A stretch of DNA of 64,000 nt, from the NCBI GenBank assembly GCA_002897775.1, contig BDTR01000030.1:128070-192069 (forward strand), given 5' to 3'. Positions 51,478 to 61,181 of the stretch are shown in pieces. The notes under the pieces were generated by a model, which did no database searches, was not told the origin of the DNA, and worked only from the letters and a program-made list of their open reading frames with translations. The DNA is from a bacterium BMS3Bbin08. Its GTDB lineage: Bacteria; Nitrospirota; Thermodesulfovibrionia; UBA6902; BMS3Bbin08. Each line of letters starts with the position of its first letter. The first letter of the stretch is position 1. A program made the translations under genes and the position numbers.

Positions 51478-52449
51478 TTGGATATTCTGAAGGTTTTTTT
51501 TCCTGCATCCGGGGTTGAAACATATATATTTATCCCTCCTGTTGTCGCGTTTATTATTTCATTTTTCACTTCCATGAGCGGTGTTTCAGGCGCTTTTCTT
51601 CTGCTTCCTTTTCAGATGAGTTTTTTAAATTTTACCAGCCCTTCTGTCAGCTCCACCAATTTTGTTTTCAATATTGTTGCCATTCCAAGCGGTGTCTACC
51701 GCTATATTAAAGAAAAACGCATGGCATGGCCTCTGGTGTGGGTAATTATCATCGGAACGCTTCCGGGTGTGCTTTTCGGGTACTACATAAGGGCCCTGTA
51801 TATGCCTGACCCCGGGGTGTTTAAATTCTTTGTAGGCTGCGTACTGTTTTATATCAGCATCCGCCTTCTGCTTGATGCCACGAAAAAAACAGGGCAGAAG
51901 AACGCTGGAGTGAATGCCATTGATGATAAATTCCGTGAAAATGTCAAAAAATATAAGGCAGAACAAAGACGCGGTCCTGCTTCAGGCATACCTTCCTCCG
52001 CGGTTATAAAGACCATTTCTTTCACGCTGACCAGGACCGAGTACGAGTTCTGGGGAGAAAAATTTTCTTTTAATACATCTGGCGTATTCCTGTTCGCGTT
52101 TTTTGTGGGAATTATCGGGGGTACTTATGGTATTGGCGGCGGGGCGATCATAGCTCCATTTCTGGTTACGTTCTTTCACCTTCCTGTTTATACCATCGCA
52201 GGCGCGACATTAATGAGCACACTTTTAACCTCTGTTTCAGGAGTTGCCTTCTACAGTTTTCTTCCGGTTAAAGGCGGTGTGACCGCTCCTCCTGACTGGC
52301 TGTTGGGGCTTCTTTTCGGAGCAGGAGGATTTCTTGGGATGTACCTTGGAGCCCGTTGCCAGAAATTCGTCCCTCAGAAACTTATAAAAGCGCTTTTAGG
52401 CCTGTTGATCGTGTTCGTGGCGGTAAAATATATTTATCAGTATTTTTGA
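51478..52449 (+). CDS. TauE/SafE family sulfite exporter
   Basis: GVSGAFLLLP, GIGGGAIIAP, G.YLGAR motifs; multi-pass membrane protein. Confidence 0.88.
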   Translation: MDILKVFFPASGVETYIFIPPVVAFIISFFTSMSGVSGAFLLLPFQMSFLNFTSPSVSSTNFVFNIVAIPSGVYRYIKEKRMAWPLVWVIIIGTLPGVLFGYYIRALYMPDPGVFKFFVGCVLFYISIRLLLDATKKTGQKNAGVNAIDDKFRENVKKYKAEQRRGPASGIPSSAVIKTISFTLTRTEYEFWGEKFSFNTSGVFLFAFFVGIIGGTYGIGGGAIIAPFLVTFFHLPVYTIAGATLMSTLLTSVSGVAFYSFLPVKGGVTAPPDWLLGLLFGAGGFLGMYLGARCQKFVPQKLIKALLGLLIVFVAVKYIYQYF

Positions 52450-52485
52450 CGTTATAACATAACGTCTGATTTCACCGATATAAAT

Positions 52486-53373
52486 ATGGATTACACAGAT
52501 AAAAACTGCTATCATTGTGCCGGGAGGATCCAATTGAATAGCAGGATATTTTCTTTTCTTTTTATTTTGTTCTTTTTAGTTGTTTTTCTGTCTCAGGCAT
52601 CTGCTGAGACTCTGGATTGGGCCGTACCTACGAGGATACGCTGCGCTTCAACTACAAGCACACAAAACTCAGGATTGCTTGATTATATCTTGCCGGTGTT
52701 TGAGAAAAAGGCCGGTATCAGGGTCGATGTGGTTGCTGTTGGAACAGGCGCCGCGATCGAGATCGGCAAAAGGGGTGACGCGGACGTTGTTCTTGTGCAC
52801 GCAAAGGAACTGGAACTGGAAGCTGTGCGGCAGGGATATTTTATTGACCGTTATGATGTTATGTACAATGATTTTGTTATTATCGGCCCTCCTGACGACC
52901 CGGCAGGCATAAAAGGCATGGAGTCTGCGGCCGAGGCTTTCAGAAATATTGCGAACAGAAATCTGTTTGTTTCAAGGGGAGATAAGTCAGGCACCCATAT
53001 GAAGGAACTGTCAATCTGGGACAAGGCGGGTTTAGATCCCGCTGGAAATAAATGGTATTTGGAAGTCGGCCAGGGGATGGCAAAGGCCCAGAGGATAGCC
53101 AATGAAAAAAGGGCGTATACCCTGACTGACAGGGGCACATGGCTTGCTTTAAAGGACAAAGACAGGCTGGAAATGGCGGTTCTGCTTGAAGGAGACCCCA
53201 TGTTGTTCAATCAATACGGGGTAATGGCTGTTAATCCATCAAGGCATCCTCATGTTAAGTATGATGATGCGAAGAAATTTATAAACTGGCTTGTGTCAAA
53301 AGAAGGTCAGGACGCGATCGCGTCATTCAAAGATAAAAACGGCAATCAGTTGTTTATACCGAATGCGGAGTAA
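52486..53373 (+). CDS. tupA: tungstate ABC transporter substrate-binding protein
   Basis: STTSTQNSGLL, VGTGAA, VLVHA, SRGDKSGTH, YTLTDRGT. Confidence 0.88.
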   Translation: MDYTDKNCYHCAGRIQLNSRIFSFLFILFFLVVFLSQASAETLDWAVPTRIRCASTTSTQNSGLLDYILPVFEKKAGIRVDVVAVGTGAAIEIGKRGDADVVLVHAKELELEAVRQGYFIDRYDVMYNDFVIIGPPDDPAGIKGMESAAEAFRNIANRNLFVSRGDKSGTHMKELSIWDKAGLDPAGNKWYLEVGQGMAKAQRIANEKRAYTLTDRGTWLALKDKDRLEMAVLLEGDPMLFNQYGVMAVNPSRHPHVKYDDAKKFINWLVSKEGQDAIASFKDKNGNQLFIPNAE

Positions 53374-53384
53374 AACAGAGAAGT

Positions 53385-53454
53385 GCAGAACGAAAAATTA
53401 ACCGATGCGAGACAGCCGAAGCTGGTTCGCATTCGTTTGAATAACAGGTTAGGT
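53385..53454 (-). mobile_element. integron attC site (solitary)
   Basis: Minus strand ACCTAAC-5bp-ATTCAAAC...hairpin...GGTTAAT-5bp-GTTCTGC, starting 4 nt after the hicA stop. Confidence 0.72.
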
Positions 53455-53458
53455 TTTT

Positions 53459-53686
53459 TTATATGAGTTTCTTGAACTCATCAACAGATAAATTTGCCTG
53501 TTTTAAGATATGTGATAAGGTTGACCTCTTGATGGGTTTGTGTGCTGGAACTGTGAGTTTTAAGGTCTTTTCTGAGGTGTGCTTATGTAACCTGATATGA
53601 CTGCCTTTTTGTCGAACCACGACCCATCCATTACGGCGTAGAGCTTTAACGATCTGTTCATAATTTAAGCTCGGAACCTTTGTCAT
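53459..53686 (-). CDS. hicA: HicA mRNA interferase toxin
   Basis: GWVVVRQKGSHI, TVPAH, TLSHILKQA. Confidence 0.92.
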   Translation of the reverse strand: MTKVPSLNYEQIVKALRRNGWVVVRQKGSHIRLHKHTSEKTLKLTVPAHKPIKRSTLSHILKQANLSVDEFKKLI

Positions 53687-53886
53687 ACAGTGACTTCAAG
53701 AACTCGCGCTTCTGGATTAAATTCAATATCGTCTTCGATTGGCTCAAGATACAATTCAATAGCTTCTCGAATGTGGCTTAGTGCTTCTTCCTGTGTATCA
53801 CCTTCACTAATACAGCCTGGAAGTGACGGAACAATAGCCGTGAATCCTCCTTCATCGCTCGGCTCTAAAATTACTTTAAGTTTCAT
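53683..53886 (-). CDS. hicB: HicB antitoxin, short form
   Basis: GGFTAIVPSLPGCISEGDTQEEAL; ATG after GGAGG. Confidence 0.92.
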   Translation of the reverse strand: MKLKVILEPSDEGGFTAIVPSLPGCISEGDTQEEALSHIREAIELYLEPIEDDIEFNPEARVLEVTV

Positions 53887-53980
53887 CTTTAAACCTCCAA
53901 CCATTGGTTACTTAACAACTTCTTAATCGCAGAATAACTCATCCTTCTAACATCTAAATTATACCAGAATAGAGAAGAAA

Positions 53981-54187
53981 TTAAGAAAAATTCCATTCGT
54001 ACACATAGTCTTCACTTTGAAAAGCAGTTTTTATTTTCTCAGCACATTCATAACTGCAAGTAATAATAGCAATATCTTTTTCATCATCTTTGAACGGAAT
54101 TATAAAAACAGGAATTTCTTTATATCGAGTCTCGTTTCCATAATCTTCGAAATGGGGAACAGAAGGGATTTCCTCTTTTATCGTCAT
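53981..54187 (-). CDS. hypothetical protein
   Basis: 68-aa ORF co-oriented with neighbours; no motif recognised. Confidence 0.4.
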   Translation of the reverse strand: MTIKEEIPSVPHFEDYGNETRYKEIPVFIIPFKDDEKDIAIITCSYECAEKIKTAFQSEDYVYEWNFS

Positions 54188-54206
54188 ACAGGAGTGATCG
54201 CTGTTC

Positions 54207-54407
54207 TTACTCTTTTTCCAGTTTTAAAATGCAGTGCCTGGTGAAATCCGAGGCCTCGTTAGCTGTCCAGTCTCCTTTGGGCTTTTCTTTTATCTTTTTG
54301 CACCAGGCATCACTGCCCACCTCAGGAGAACAGCCCGCAAATAAAAAAATACAGCACGCAAGCACAACAGCTTTACATAAAATCCTCATTTCACTCTCCT
54401 TTTTCAC
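54207..54407 (-). CDS. DUF3012 family lipoprotein
   Basis: AGC lipobox, PEVGSDAWC, KPKGDWTANEA..F.RHC. Confidence 0.8.
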   Translation of the reverse strand: MKKESEMRILCKAVVLACCIFLFAGCSPEVGSDAWCKKIKEKPKGDWTANEASDFTRHCILKLEKE

Positions 54408-54879
54408 TAAACTCTTTTTTTATAGCCGGCCTGATCAATACTATAATCAGCAATAAACTTAATGCGGCGTAAATATATGGCGGCCATACATTTATGACAC
54501 TAACTACGGGGATACCGTCAGGCAGTTCCTGCATAGGAAGATTTTTTGTCAGATATTCAATGAAGACAAAGCTTATTGCTTTAATAACATTGGCGGATAA
54601 CATAATGAACGAAACAATAAGTGCCCATCTCCAACCCCACCCTTTAAACCTGACAAGCCCGCAGCCGGCCGCAATTGCCAGGACCGGGACCAGCAGGTTG
54701 AAAAATATCACTGATCCGTCCAGATACACTATGTTAGCCAATGAGTCACGCAAACCTGGGGTGAAGAAGGTAGAGATTGAAGAATAAATATCATTGGCTT
54801 TAAAGAATATACTGGATATCCCTGATACGATCAGGATGGTGCCGATAACTTTTATTATCGCTTTATTGTTTAAAACCAT
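54391..54879 (-). CDS. hypothetical membrane protein
   Basis: About 4 hydrophobic helices. Confidence 0.6.
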   Translation of the reverse strand: MVLNNKAIIKVIGTILIVSGISSIFFKANDIYSSISTFFTPGLRDSLANIVYLDGSVIFFNLLVPVLAIAAGCGLVRFKGWGWRWALIVSFIMLSANVIKAISFVFIEYLTKNLPMQELPDGIPVVSVINVWPPYIYAALSLLLIIVLIRPAIKKEFSEKGE

Positions 54880-54900
54880 ATATTGATGTTTATCAACAGG

Positions 54901-56022
54901 TCAGCCCGCCGCCTTTTTCTCCTTTTCTTTTTTCTCAGTCACGCAGTATATGCCGCCTTCTTCAAGCCCGGGCTTAAAACAGCTGTTGCATGATATGCAC
55001 TTTGCCGGACTGTGGTCGCCTTCTTTCCAGCGGTTCGGCAGGTTCGGCTCGCGGATAAACGGCCTGGCCATTGATATATAGTCTACACTGCCGCTGCTTA
55101 CTGCTTTTTCAGCTACATAATATGACCTGAACCCTCCCACTGCCATTACAGGACAGCTGACCGCCTGTTTGATTCTGCGCGCCAGGTCCAGGTTATACGC
55201 CTCTTTTTCAGGCATGTTTATCTGCGTACGCGCAGGGCTTTCATCGCCTGACGACTGGGTGCCCGCGGAGACCTCTATGGCGTCAATGCCGTCATCTGAA
55301 AGTTTTTTTGCGGCATAGACCGCGTCGTCGATCTCCAGGCCGCCTTTAAGGTTGTCCGCGGCATTGAGCTTGATAAGCACAGGATAATCCTCGCCAACTG
55401 TCTGCCGCACCTTTAGATACACCTGCAGAAGAAACCGGCTGCGGTTTTCAATACTGCCGCCGTATTCATCAGTGCGCCGGTTTGTAAGAGGGGAAAGGAA
55501 CTGGTTGATAAGATAGCCGTGCGCGCCGTGCAGTTCGACCGCGTCAAAGCCCCATGCCTTTGCCCGGCGGGCTCCGTCCGCGAACGCCGTAGCAATATCA
55601 TATATCTCATCTTTTGTAAGTTCAGCAGGTGTCTCAGGGAACTGGTCGACCTTGATAGCTGAAGGCGCAAGGGGCTGGCGTCCGGCGGTTGCTGAATCGG
55701 TCTGTCCGCCGGCATGGACCAGCTGGACGGCGATCTTGCCGCCTGCCTCATGCACAGCAGTGGTCATTTTTCTGAAGTCGTCGGAAAAATCATCTGTATG
55801 TATGCCCATTTTAGCGGGAAGCCCTTTTCCCTCCGGCCTTACAAAAGTATAGCCTGTAATGATCAGGCCTACACCGCCCTGTGCCAGATCACGGTAACAG
55901 TTGATCAGTTTTTCAGTGGGCCTTCCGTCCTGTTCGCACATGCCTTCCCATGTAGCGGACCTTACGAGCCTGTTCCTCAGGGTCATACCTTTAATTTCAG
56001 TTTCTTCAAATAATGCAGCCAT
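54901..56022 (-). CDS. NADH:flavin oxidoreductase (old yellow enzyme family)
   Basis: LRNRLVRSAT, QLVHAG, ELHGAHGYL, RTDEYGGS..NR, CISCNSC. Confidence 0.92.
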   Translation of the reverse strand: MAALFEETEIKGMTLRNRLVRSATWEGMCEQDGRPTEKLINCYRDLAQGGVGLIITGYTFVRPEGKGLPAKMGIHTDDFSDDFRKMTTAVHEAGGKIAVQLVHAGGQTDSATAGRQPLAPSAIKVDQFPETPAELTKDEIYDIATAFADGARRAKAWGFDAVELHGAHGYLINQFLSPLTNRRTDEYGGSIENRSRFLLQVYLKVRQTVGEDYPVLIKLNAADNLKGGLEIDDAVYAAKKLSDDGIDAIEVSAGTQSSGDESPARTQINMPEKEAYNLDLARRIKQAVSCPVMAVGGFRSYYVAEKAVSSGSVDYISMARPFIREPNLPNRWKEGDHSPAKCISCNSCFKPGLEEGGIYCVTEKKEKEKKAAG

Positions 56023-56299
56023 ATAATGCCTCCTCTTCTCCGGCTTTAAAAAATTAAGAATTAACTTTGAGCCTGGACACTATTTTATCAGCAAACATTT
56101 ATTTTATGCTTTTTTCGTTGTGGACTTCCAGAAGGGCGTCGAGGAGCACTTTTGGGTCAGACGGACCGCCCCGGCCTCAATAAGCAGTTCTCCGGGTCTT
56201 TTTTTGTTCTCCGGCATGATCGCCTCTGTAAATCCGGTACCAGGTTATATGGTTTAACTCATTTATATCAAAAGCCCTTTCCCCTGTCAACACGCACAT

Positions 56300-56332
56300 A
56301 AAAAAGGGGTCTGGAATTTCCAGACCCCTTTT
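56300..56332. terminator. bidirectional intrinsic terminator of the cytochrome cluster
   Basis: AAAAGGGGTCTGGAA-T-TTCCAGACCCCTTTT. Confidence 0.85.
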
Positions 56333-56360
56333 GAGATTTATGCTGATTGAATGTTAGTTC

Positions 56361-56951
56361 TTATTTTTTTATATATTTTAAAGGAAAGTGCTTGTGAGTT
56401 TTTTTGAGCCTCTCTTTAAAATTAAACTTGTACTTGGCATCGAGCTTCTCGTTAAACGGGCTGTCACCGCCGTGACATACCAGGCAGGTCTTTTCATCTT
56501 CTGATGGAATTATAAGGCCTACTGACTTGAGTTCGTCCGAAGTATATCCATTCTCTTTCCATGTTTTTTTGTTCTTTTTCATAACTTTTTTGTAATTACT
56601 GCCCGGGCCGTGACACGCTTCACACTGCACGTTTGCCAGCTTTGGCGTCTCTTCCATGTTTTTGAATCCGCCCGGTTTGTCATAGCCTGTTGTGTGGCAT
56701 TTCAGACACTTGGCATCGGTTGTGTAGTCTTTGGCAGGATCCAGACCTGCTTTTTTCTTTTCTTCTACCTTTACATTGGGGTTGAGGTTCTCAAAGCTGT
56801 TTGCCATTGATGTTTTTTCCCAGGCCTTATACTGCTTTATATGGCATGCCTTGCATTTTTTCCCTCCGATGTAGTCAGCAGCGCCTGCTGTGCTTCCAAG
56901 GGCCATTAACAGTATCAACGAGAGAAGCACGGGGATTGTCCTCTTCATCAT
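56361..56951 (-). CDS. tetraheme cytochrome c (c554-like)
   Basis: Signal peptide; CKACH, CLKCH, CEACHGPG, CLVCH. Confidence 0.88.
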   Translation of the reverse strand: MMKRTIPVLLSLILLMALGSTAGAADYIGGKKCKACHIKQYKAWEKTSMANSFENLNPNVKVEEKKKAGLDPAKDYTTDAKCLKCHTTGYDKPGGFKNMEETPKLANVQCEACHGPGSNYKKVMKKNKKTWKENGYTSDELKSVGLIIPSEDEKTCLVCHGGDSPFNEKLDAKYKFNFKERLKKTHKHFPLKYIKK

Positions 56952-57044
56952 TCTACGTCCTCCTTAGATAGAAAATTTGTAAAGTGAGCGGTATGTTTAC
57001 AATTCTTATTTTAAATAAAAATGTCTTACGGTGTCAATGAGAAA

Positions 57045-59315
57045 TTATTTTTCAGTCCGTGGCCCGAGGGGCCGTTTGTTGCGCGGTACACGCTCTATGG
57101 GATCATGGAAATACTTGTACCTGAAGAGCGCGTCAAGGCCGTGGCAGTCTATGCATATAGTGTTATAACTGATATTTCGCAGAAAACTGTTGGTTACATG
57201 ACCTTCCAGATTTTTGCCCACGCCCTTTTTTCTTTCCAGCGGGCTCCACTGGTGCGCGTTGTGGCATGATGGACAGGAAATATTGCCTACGTTTATCTCC
57301 CGGCCTTGATTATCATAAATCGGAGTATAGTCTATGGCCAGTCTGTTACAGTGCATGATATTATTGATCAGCCTGCCTTTTGGATGGGTCGCGATAAGCG
57401 GTATCTTGTTCTCCGCGACATTGCCTTTGGAATGACAGCTCAGGCACAGGGAATCCATAAAGGTTTGCTCGGCAGTATAGCTTCCGTAGGGCCTTGCCCA
57501 GAGCTTAATCTTATTGGGGCTGTTGTGGACAAGGTGACAGACACCGCACTGTCCGGACTGTTTCGGGGTCTGGCCAAGCAGGTTTTTGGCCTCAGGCGCA
57601 GTGACATTAAGGTCGTGGTCTGTGCCGTCGATATATGCCTTGTCAGCGTGGCAGCTTTCGCAGAGATCTGAAGAGGGTGAACTCGGCTTCCTGAGGAAGC
57701 TGTTCGAGGCATCGCCTTCTATATTCCTGTATTCATAGTTCTCTATTGGTTTTGCCGGGTCCCACACATGCGGGTCATGGCAGGTGATACAGACCATTTT
57801 ACCATTTGGTATTCTGTAGCCATCACTGTCATACAAAGGCAGGGTCGTTGTTATCTTGAACTTATCAAGGGTTACGTCAACCGGATGATAGATATCCCCT
57901 ATCAATTTTGCCTTTGCGGCGCCGTTCTTGTTATGGCACCCTGAGCATAACTGTGTTACAAAGTCCTTGTCTCCGGTAAGTTCTTTTGCCCACATATGGT
58001 CAGCTGCCGCGTTGTGAGGAATGTGGCACGCCCCGCATGGGCCCGACGCCTTTACAGTAAATCCCTGTATGTTCTTCTCAAGCGGAGCCGTGATATCAAG
58101 ATTATGGTCAGACATCGGCAGCTGTCTTTTGTCTATATGGCATTCCAGGCACAGTCCTGAGTCAGAGCTGTTGGGCAGCCTTAAAAAACTGTTCGATGAA
58201 TCGCCCTCAACATCCTTGCCGCCTTTGTTCGTGGGAGAGCTCGGGTCCCACCTGTGAATATTATGGCAGGTAAAGCACTGTACCTTGCCCTCGGGATTTG
58301 TCGCGCCGTCCGCTGAAAATAACGGAAGAACACCGGGTATTGTTGTTTCAGCGACCGGCTTCATGTTAATGGGATGTGAGTACTTGCCGATACGTTTTGC
58401 TTTGTATCCTGTGTCGTCTCCGTGACATGTAAGGCACATCTGCGAGGCGGGATTGCCCTGTTTAAGCGGCCTTGCCCAGAGTTTTTTGCCCGCTGCCCTG
58501 TGCGGTGTGTGGCATGCCCCGCAAGGGCCTGTTTCAGATAACTTCCTGCCTTTTATGTTCTTTTCATCCGGCATGGTCAGACGCAGATCATGCTTTGTAT
58601 CTATCAGGTCTCTTTGTTTTACATGGCAGGTCCTGCAAAGTTTTGAATCTTTATTGTCGATTACCAGTATTTTTTTCCCTCTGGCGCCGTGCACTTTGTG
58701 ACAGCTTTGACAGATCACCTTGTTCCTTTTGCTTGCCCTTTTGCCTCCCATCCTGAACAGCTCGTCAGGCAGTTCAAGGGCTGTGGAATCAAGAGGATGC
58801 CCGTTTGAACGCTTGTAGTCAGCCTCTTTCCTGTGGCACATCTTGCAAAGGCTTGAGTCCACGTTTTTTTCCCTGATGACCGAGGTCCGTCCCATCGGAT
58901 CGTCGTGCGGCGCGGCTCCCTTGCCGTGCGCGGAATGACAGGTCCCGCAGTATATCTCGCCTTTTACACTTAAAGGAAGATTTTCAGGGACCTGGATGTT
59001 CTTTGAGGGCTTTACAAAAGTCGGATGCCTGTTGTACTTCCAGGCAACGGCGCGGGAATCCAGCACATAGCCGTCATGACAGGTGTAACATATCGCTTCG
59101 GAACTGACAACGCCCTGCGTGTCTTTCATAAGCACATTACCCGGTTTCCATTCGATCAGGGTCTCTTTGTCGGTCCTGAAGTCGTCCATCCACATGACAT
59201 GGCAGACAACACAATCCCTTTTTGAGGATATCTCAAGGGCATGGGCAGGCAAAGAGAAAGCAAAGCATAGAAGAAAAGCCAGTAAATATATTGTTATTCT
59301 GGGCATAGTGAACAT
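57045..59315 (-). CDS. 18-heme cytochrome c built of repeated doubled-CxxCH modules
   Basis: Signal peptide; 18 CxxCH counted; repeating HDL...CGACH..H / CxxCH..H..W / NSFLR units. Confidence 0.92.
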   Translation of the reverse strand: MFTMPRITIYLLAFLLCFAFSLPAHALEISSKRDCVVCHVMWMDDFRTDKETLIEWKPGNVLMKDTQGVVSSEAICYTCHDGYVLDSRAVAWKYNRHPTFVKPSKNIQVPENLPLSVKGEIYCGTCHSAHGKGAAPHDDPMGRTSVIREKNVDSSLCKMCHRKEADYKRSNGHPLDSTALELPDELFRMGGKRASKRNKVICQSCHKVHGARGKKILVIDNKDSKLCRTCHVKQRDLIDTKHDLRLTMPDEKNIKGRKLSETGPCGACHTPHRAAGKKLWARPLKQGNPASQMCLTCHGDDTGYKAKRIGKYSHPINMKPVAETTIPGVLPLFSADGATNPEGKVQCFTCHNIHRWDPSSPTNKGGKDVEGDSSNSFLRLPNSSDSGLCLECHIDKRQLPMSDHNLDITAPLEKNIQGFTVKASGPCGACHIPHNAAADHMWAKELTGDKDFVTQLCSGCHNKNGAAKAKLIGDIYHPVDVTLDKFKITTTLPLYDSDGYRIPNGKMVCITCHDPHVWDPAKPIENYEYRNIEGDASNSFLRKPSSPSSDLCESCHADKAYIDGTDHDLNVTAPEAKNLLGQTPKQSGQCGVCHLVHNSPNKIKLWARPYGSYTAEQTFMDSLCLSCHSKGNVAENKIPLIATHPKGRLINNIMHCNRLAIDYTPIYDNQGREINVGNISCPSCHNAHQWSPLERKKGVGKNLEGHVTNSFLRNISYNTICIDCHGLDALFRYKYFHDPIERVPRNKRPLGPRTEK

Positions 59316-59328
59316 GTGACCCGTTTTT

Positions 59329-60258
59329 TTAATCCAGTATTTTCAATACAGTTATTTTATTGCTTCTCATCTCCACTACAAGCAGTTTATTATTATCTAT
59401 GAACATTCCCACAGGTGTATTAAATTTTCTTAACGTTCCCTTTTTGCACAGGGCCCCGATAAAACGTCCCATGTCAGTGAAGACCTGTATGACCCCCATA
59501 TAGCTGTCGCTGATGAATACCCTGCTTTTGCCGTCCACTGCCACCCCTTTTGGTCTGAAAAGATTACCTGGGAGAACACCCCATGAACCTATATCAGCTA
59601 TGAATTTTCCAAAAGGGTCGAATTTCTGAACCCGGGTGTTAAGCACATCAACAACGAATATTTCATTGAACTGGTTTATTGCCAGAATGCCCGGATAACG
59701 GAACTCCCCGTATTGCTCTCCCTGTTTTCCCCATTCAAACTCAAAAGTTCCGTTCTGCTTATATACCTTAATTTTGTGATTGTCATTGTCAGAGATATAG
59801 AGGTAATTTTTGAGTTTGGATACGAGGACGTCAACGGGGTCGGACGGCCGTTCACCCTTACCGCTATTGACAGTGAACATATATAGGAAATTCCCCTTTG
59901 GATCGAAGACCTGAACCCTGTGGTTCCCGGTATCAGCTATGAACACTTTCCCGTTATCGGATATGTCTATTCCAACGGGCTGTTTGAACTGTCCTTTTCC
60001 CGTGCCCCATCTGCCAAATGAGAATTTCCATTTCCCCCTTTTGTTGACAACTATTATCCTGTTGTTCACTCCGTCAACCAGATATATGTCGCCGTTAGGC
60101 CCTATAGCCAGATCGCTCGGCTGGTCAGCGTTGGGTTTGATCTCAAAAAGGGATCTTGTGTTTATGCATTCAACAGCTGGAGATACACTCGGAGCAAACA
60201 GGACGGAAAGGATCGCTATAAGAAAAAAAAAGCCAGAGATGAATCTTTTCTTAATCAA
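59329..60258 (-). CDS. NHL-repeat beta-propeller protein
   Basis: Repeated F..P.G...D...IADTGNHRVQVF motifs; signal peptide. Confidence 0.9.
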   Translation of the reverse strand: MIKKRFISGFFFLIAILSVLFAPSVSPAVECINTRSLFEIKPNADQPSDLAIGPNGDIYLVDGVNNRIIVVNKRGKWKFSFGRWGTGKGQFKQPVGIDISDNGKVFIADTGNHRVQVFDPKGNFLYMFTVNSGKGERPSDPVDVLVSKLKNYLYISDNDNHKIKVYKQNGTFEFEWGKQGEQYGEFRYPGILAINQFNEIFVVDVLNTRVQKFDPFGKFIADIGSWGVLPGNLFRPKGVAVDGKSRVFISDSYMGVIQVFTDMGRFIGALCKKGTLRKFNTPVGMFIDNNKLLVVEMRSNKITVLKILD

Positions 60259-60353
60259 GCAAATAACTATCCCTTCAAATACAAATAGCCTTTCCGGCCA
60301 AAAAAGCAGGATGTTTTTTTTTATACATTATATATTTTATACCCGAACCTCTA

Positions 60354-61181
60354 CTATTTGAAGAGGTTCGGTATATAAAATTTCTCATATTTGGTAATCA
60401 TACCGGCGATATTCAACTGTTCAAGGTCGACTATCCTGTTTTCAGCAAAACCGAGTTTCCTGAAATCGAGAAGACCTTTCTTGGAATGGCAAACCTTGCA
60501 TTCATGTCCCTTGGGCTTGGTAGAAACATGGAACTTCTTTTTAACATTTTCTCTCTGCACAGGGGTAAGCTGGTCCCTGACTCTCATATAATCCTGCGCC
60601 AGGTCGGATTCCTGATGCTGGATGGCAGACAAAAGAGTATCTCCTGATTTGAAGTAAGGAGCTATTCTGGAGAACTGGTCTTTGACCGGCACAAGGTTTC
60701 CTGTTTCAGGGTCATAGCTGGTTCCGAAAAACGGGCCTTTTGGCTCTTTTTCAAGAGGGTTATACCATTTATAAACAATTTCATACCCTTTCTTTTCCTG
60801 AATGTGGCATGTCTCGCATACAAAGAACTGGGTATGCATGTTCAAAAGCGCCCTGACCTTTTTGTTCTTGCTGTGAGGATAATCAGAGTGGCATATAAAA
60901 CATACCGTGAGTTCCTTCCCGGGAAGCGTCGGGTATTCAACAACATTATGGAAATGCCTGTGTTTTTCATATTCTTCCTGGCGCTTGACGTCTTCCAGGA
61001 TAGCGGACCTTTTCTTCTCCTCCATCTTTTTCTGAAACGGCACCAGGATGGCGGGACCATGATGAGAAAATGTGAGATGGTACAGCACGGCGCCCAGCAC
61101 GGCAAGCGTGATGATTATGAAGACAAAGGCTATCAGAAGGACTATTTTCGGGTGGTCTAATCTTTTTGGTTCTCCTGGCAC
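60354..61181 (-). CDS. membrane-anchored triheme cytochrome c
   Basis: N-terminal TM helix; CFICH, CETCH, CKVCH. Confidence 0.8.
   Translation of the reverse strand: MPGEPKRLDHPKIVLLIAFVFIIITLAVLGAVLYHLTFSHHGPAILVPFQKKMEEKKRSAILEDVKRQEEYEKHRHFHNVVEYPTLPGKELTVCFICHSDYPHSKNKKVRALLNMHTQFFVCETCHIQEKKGYEIVYKWYNPLEKEPKGPFFGTSYDPETGNLVPVKDQFSRIAPYFKSGDTLLSAIQHQESDLAQDYMRVRDQLTPVQRENVKKKFHVSTKPKGHECKVCHSKKGLLDFRKLGFAENRIVDLEQLNIAGMITKYEKFYIPNLFK

Noticed and set aside
53981-54879. A longer integron cassette array upstream of hicBA
   Set aside because: The small genes overlap or have very short spacers with no further complete attC structure.
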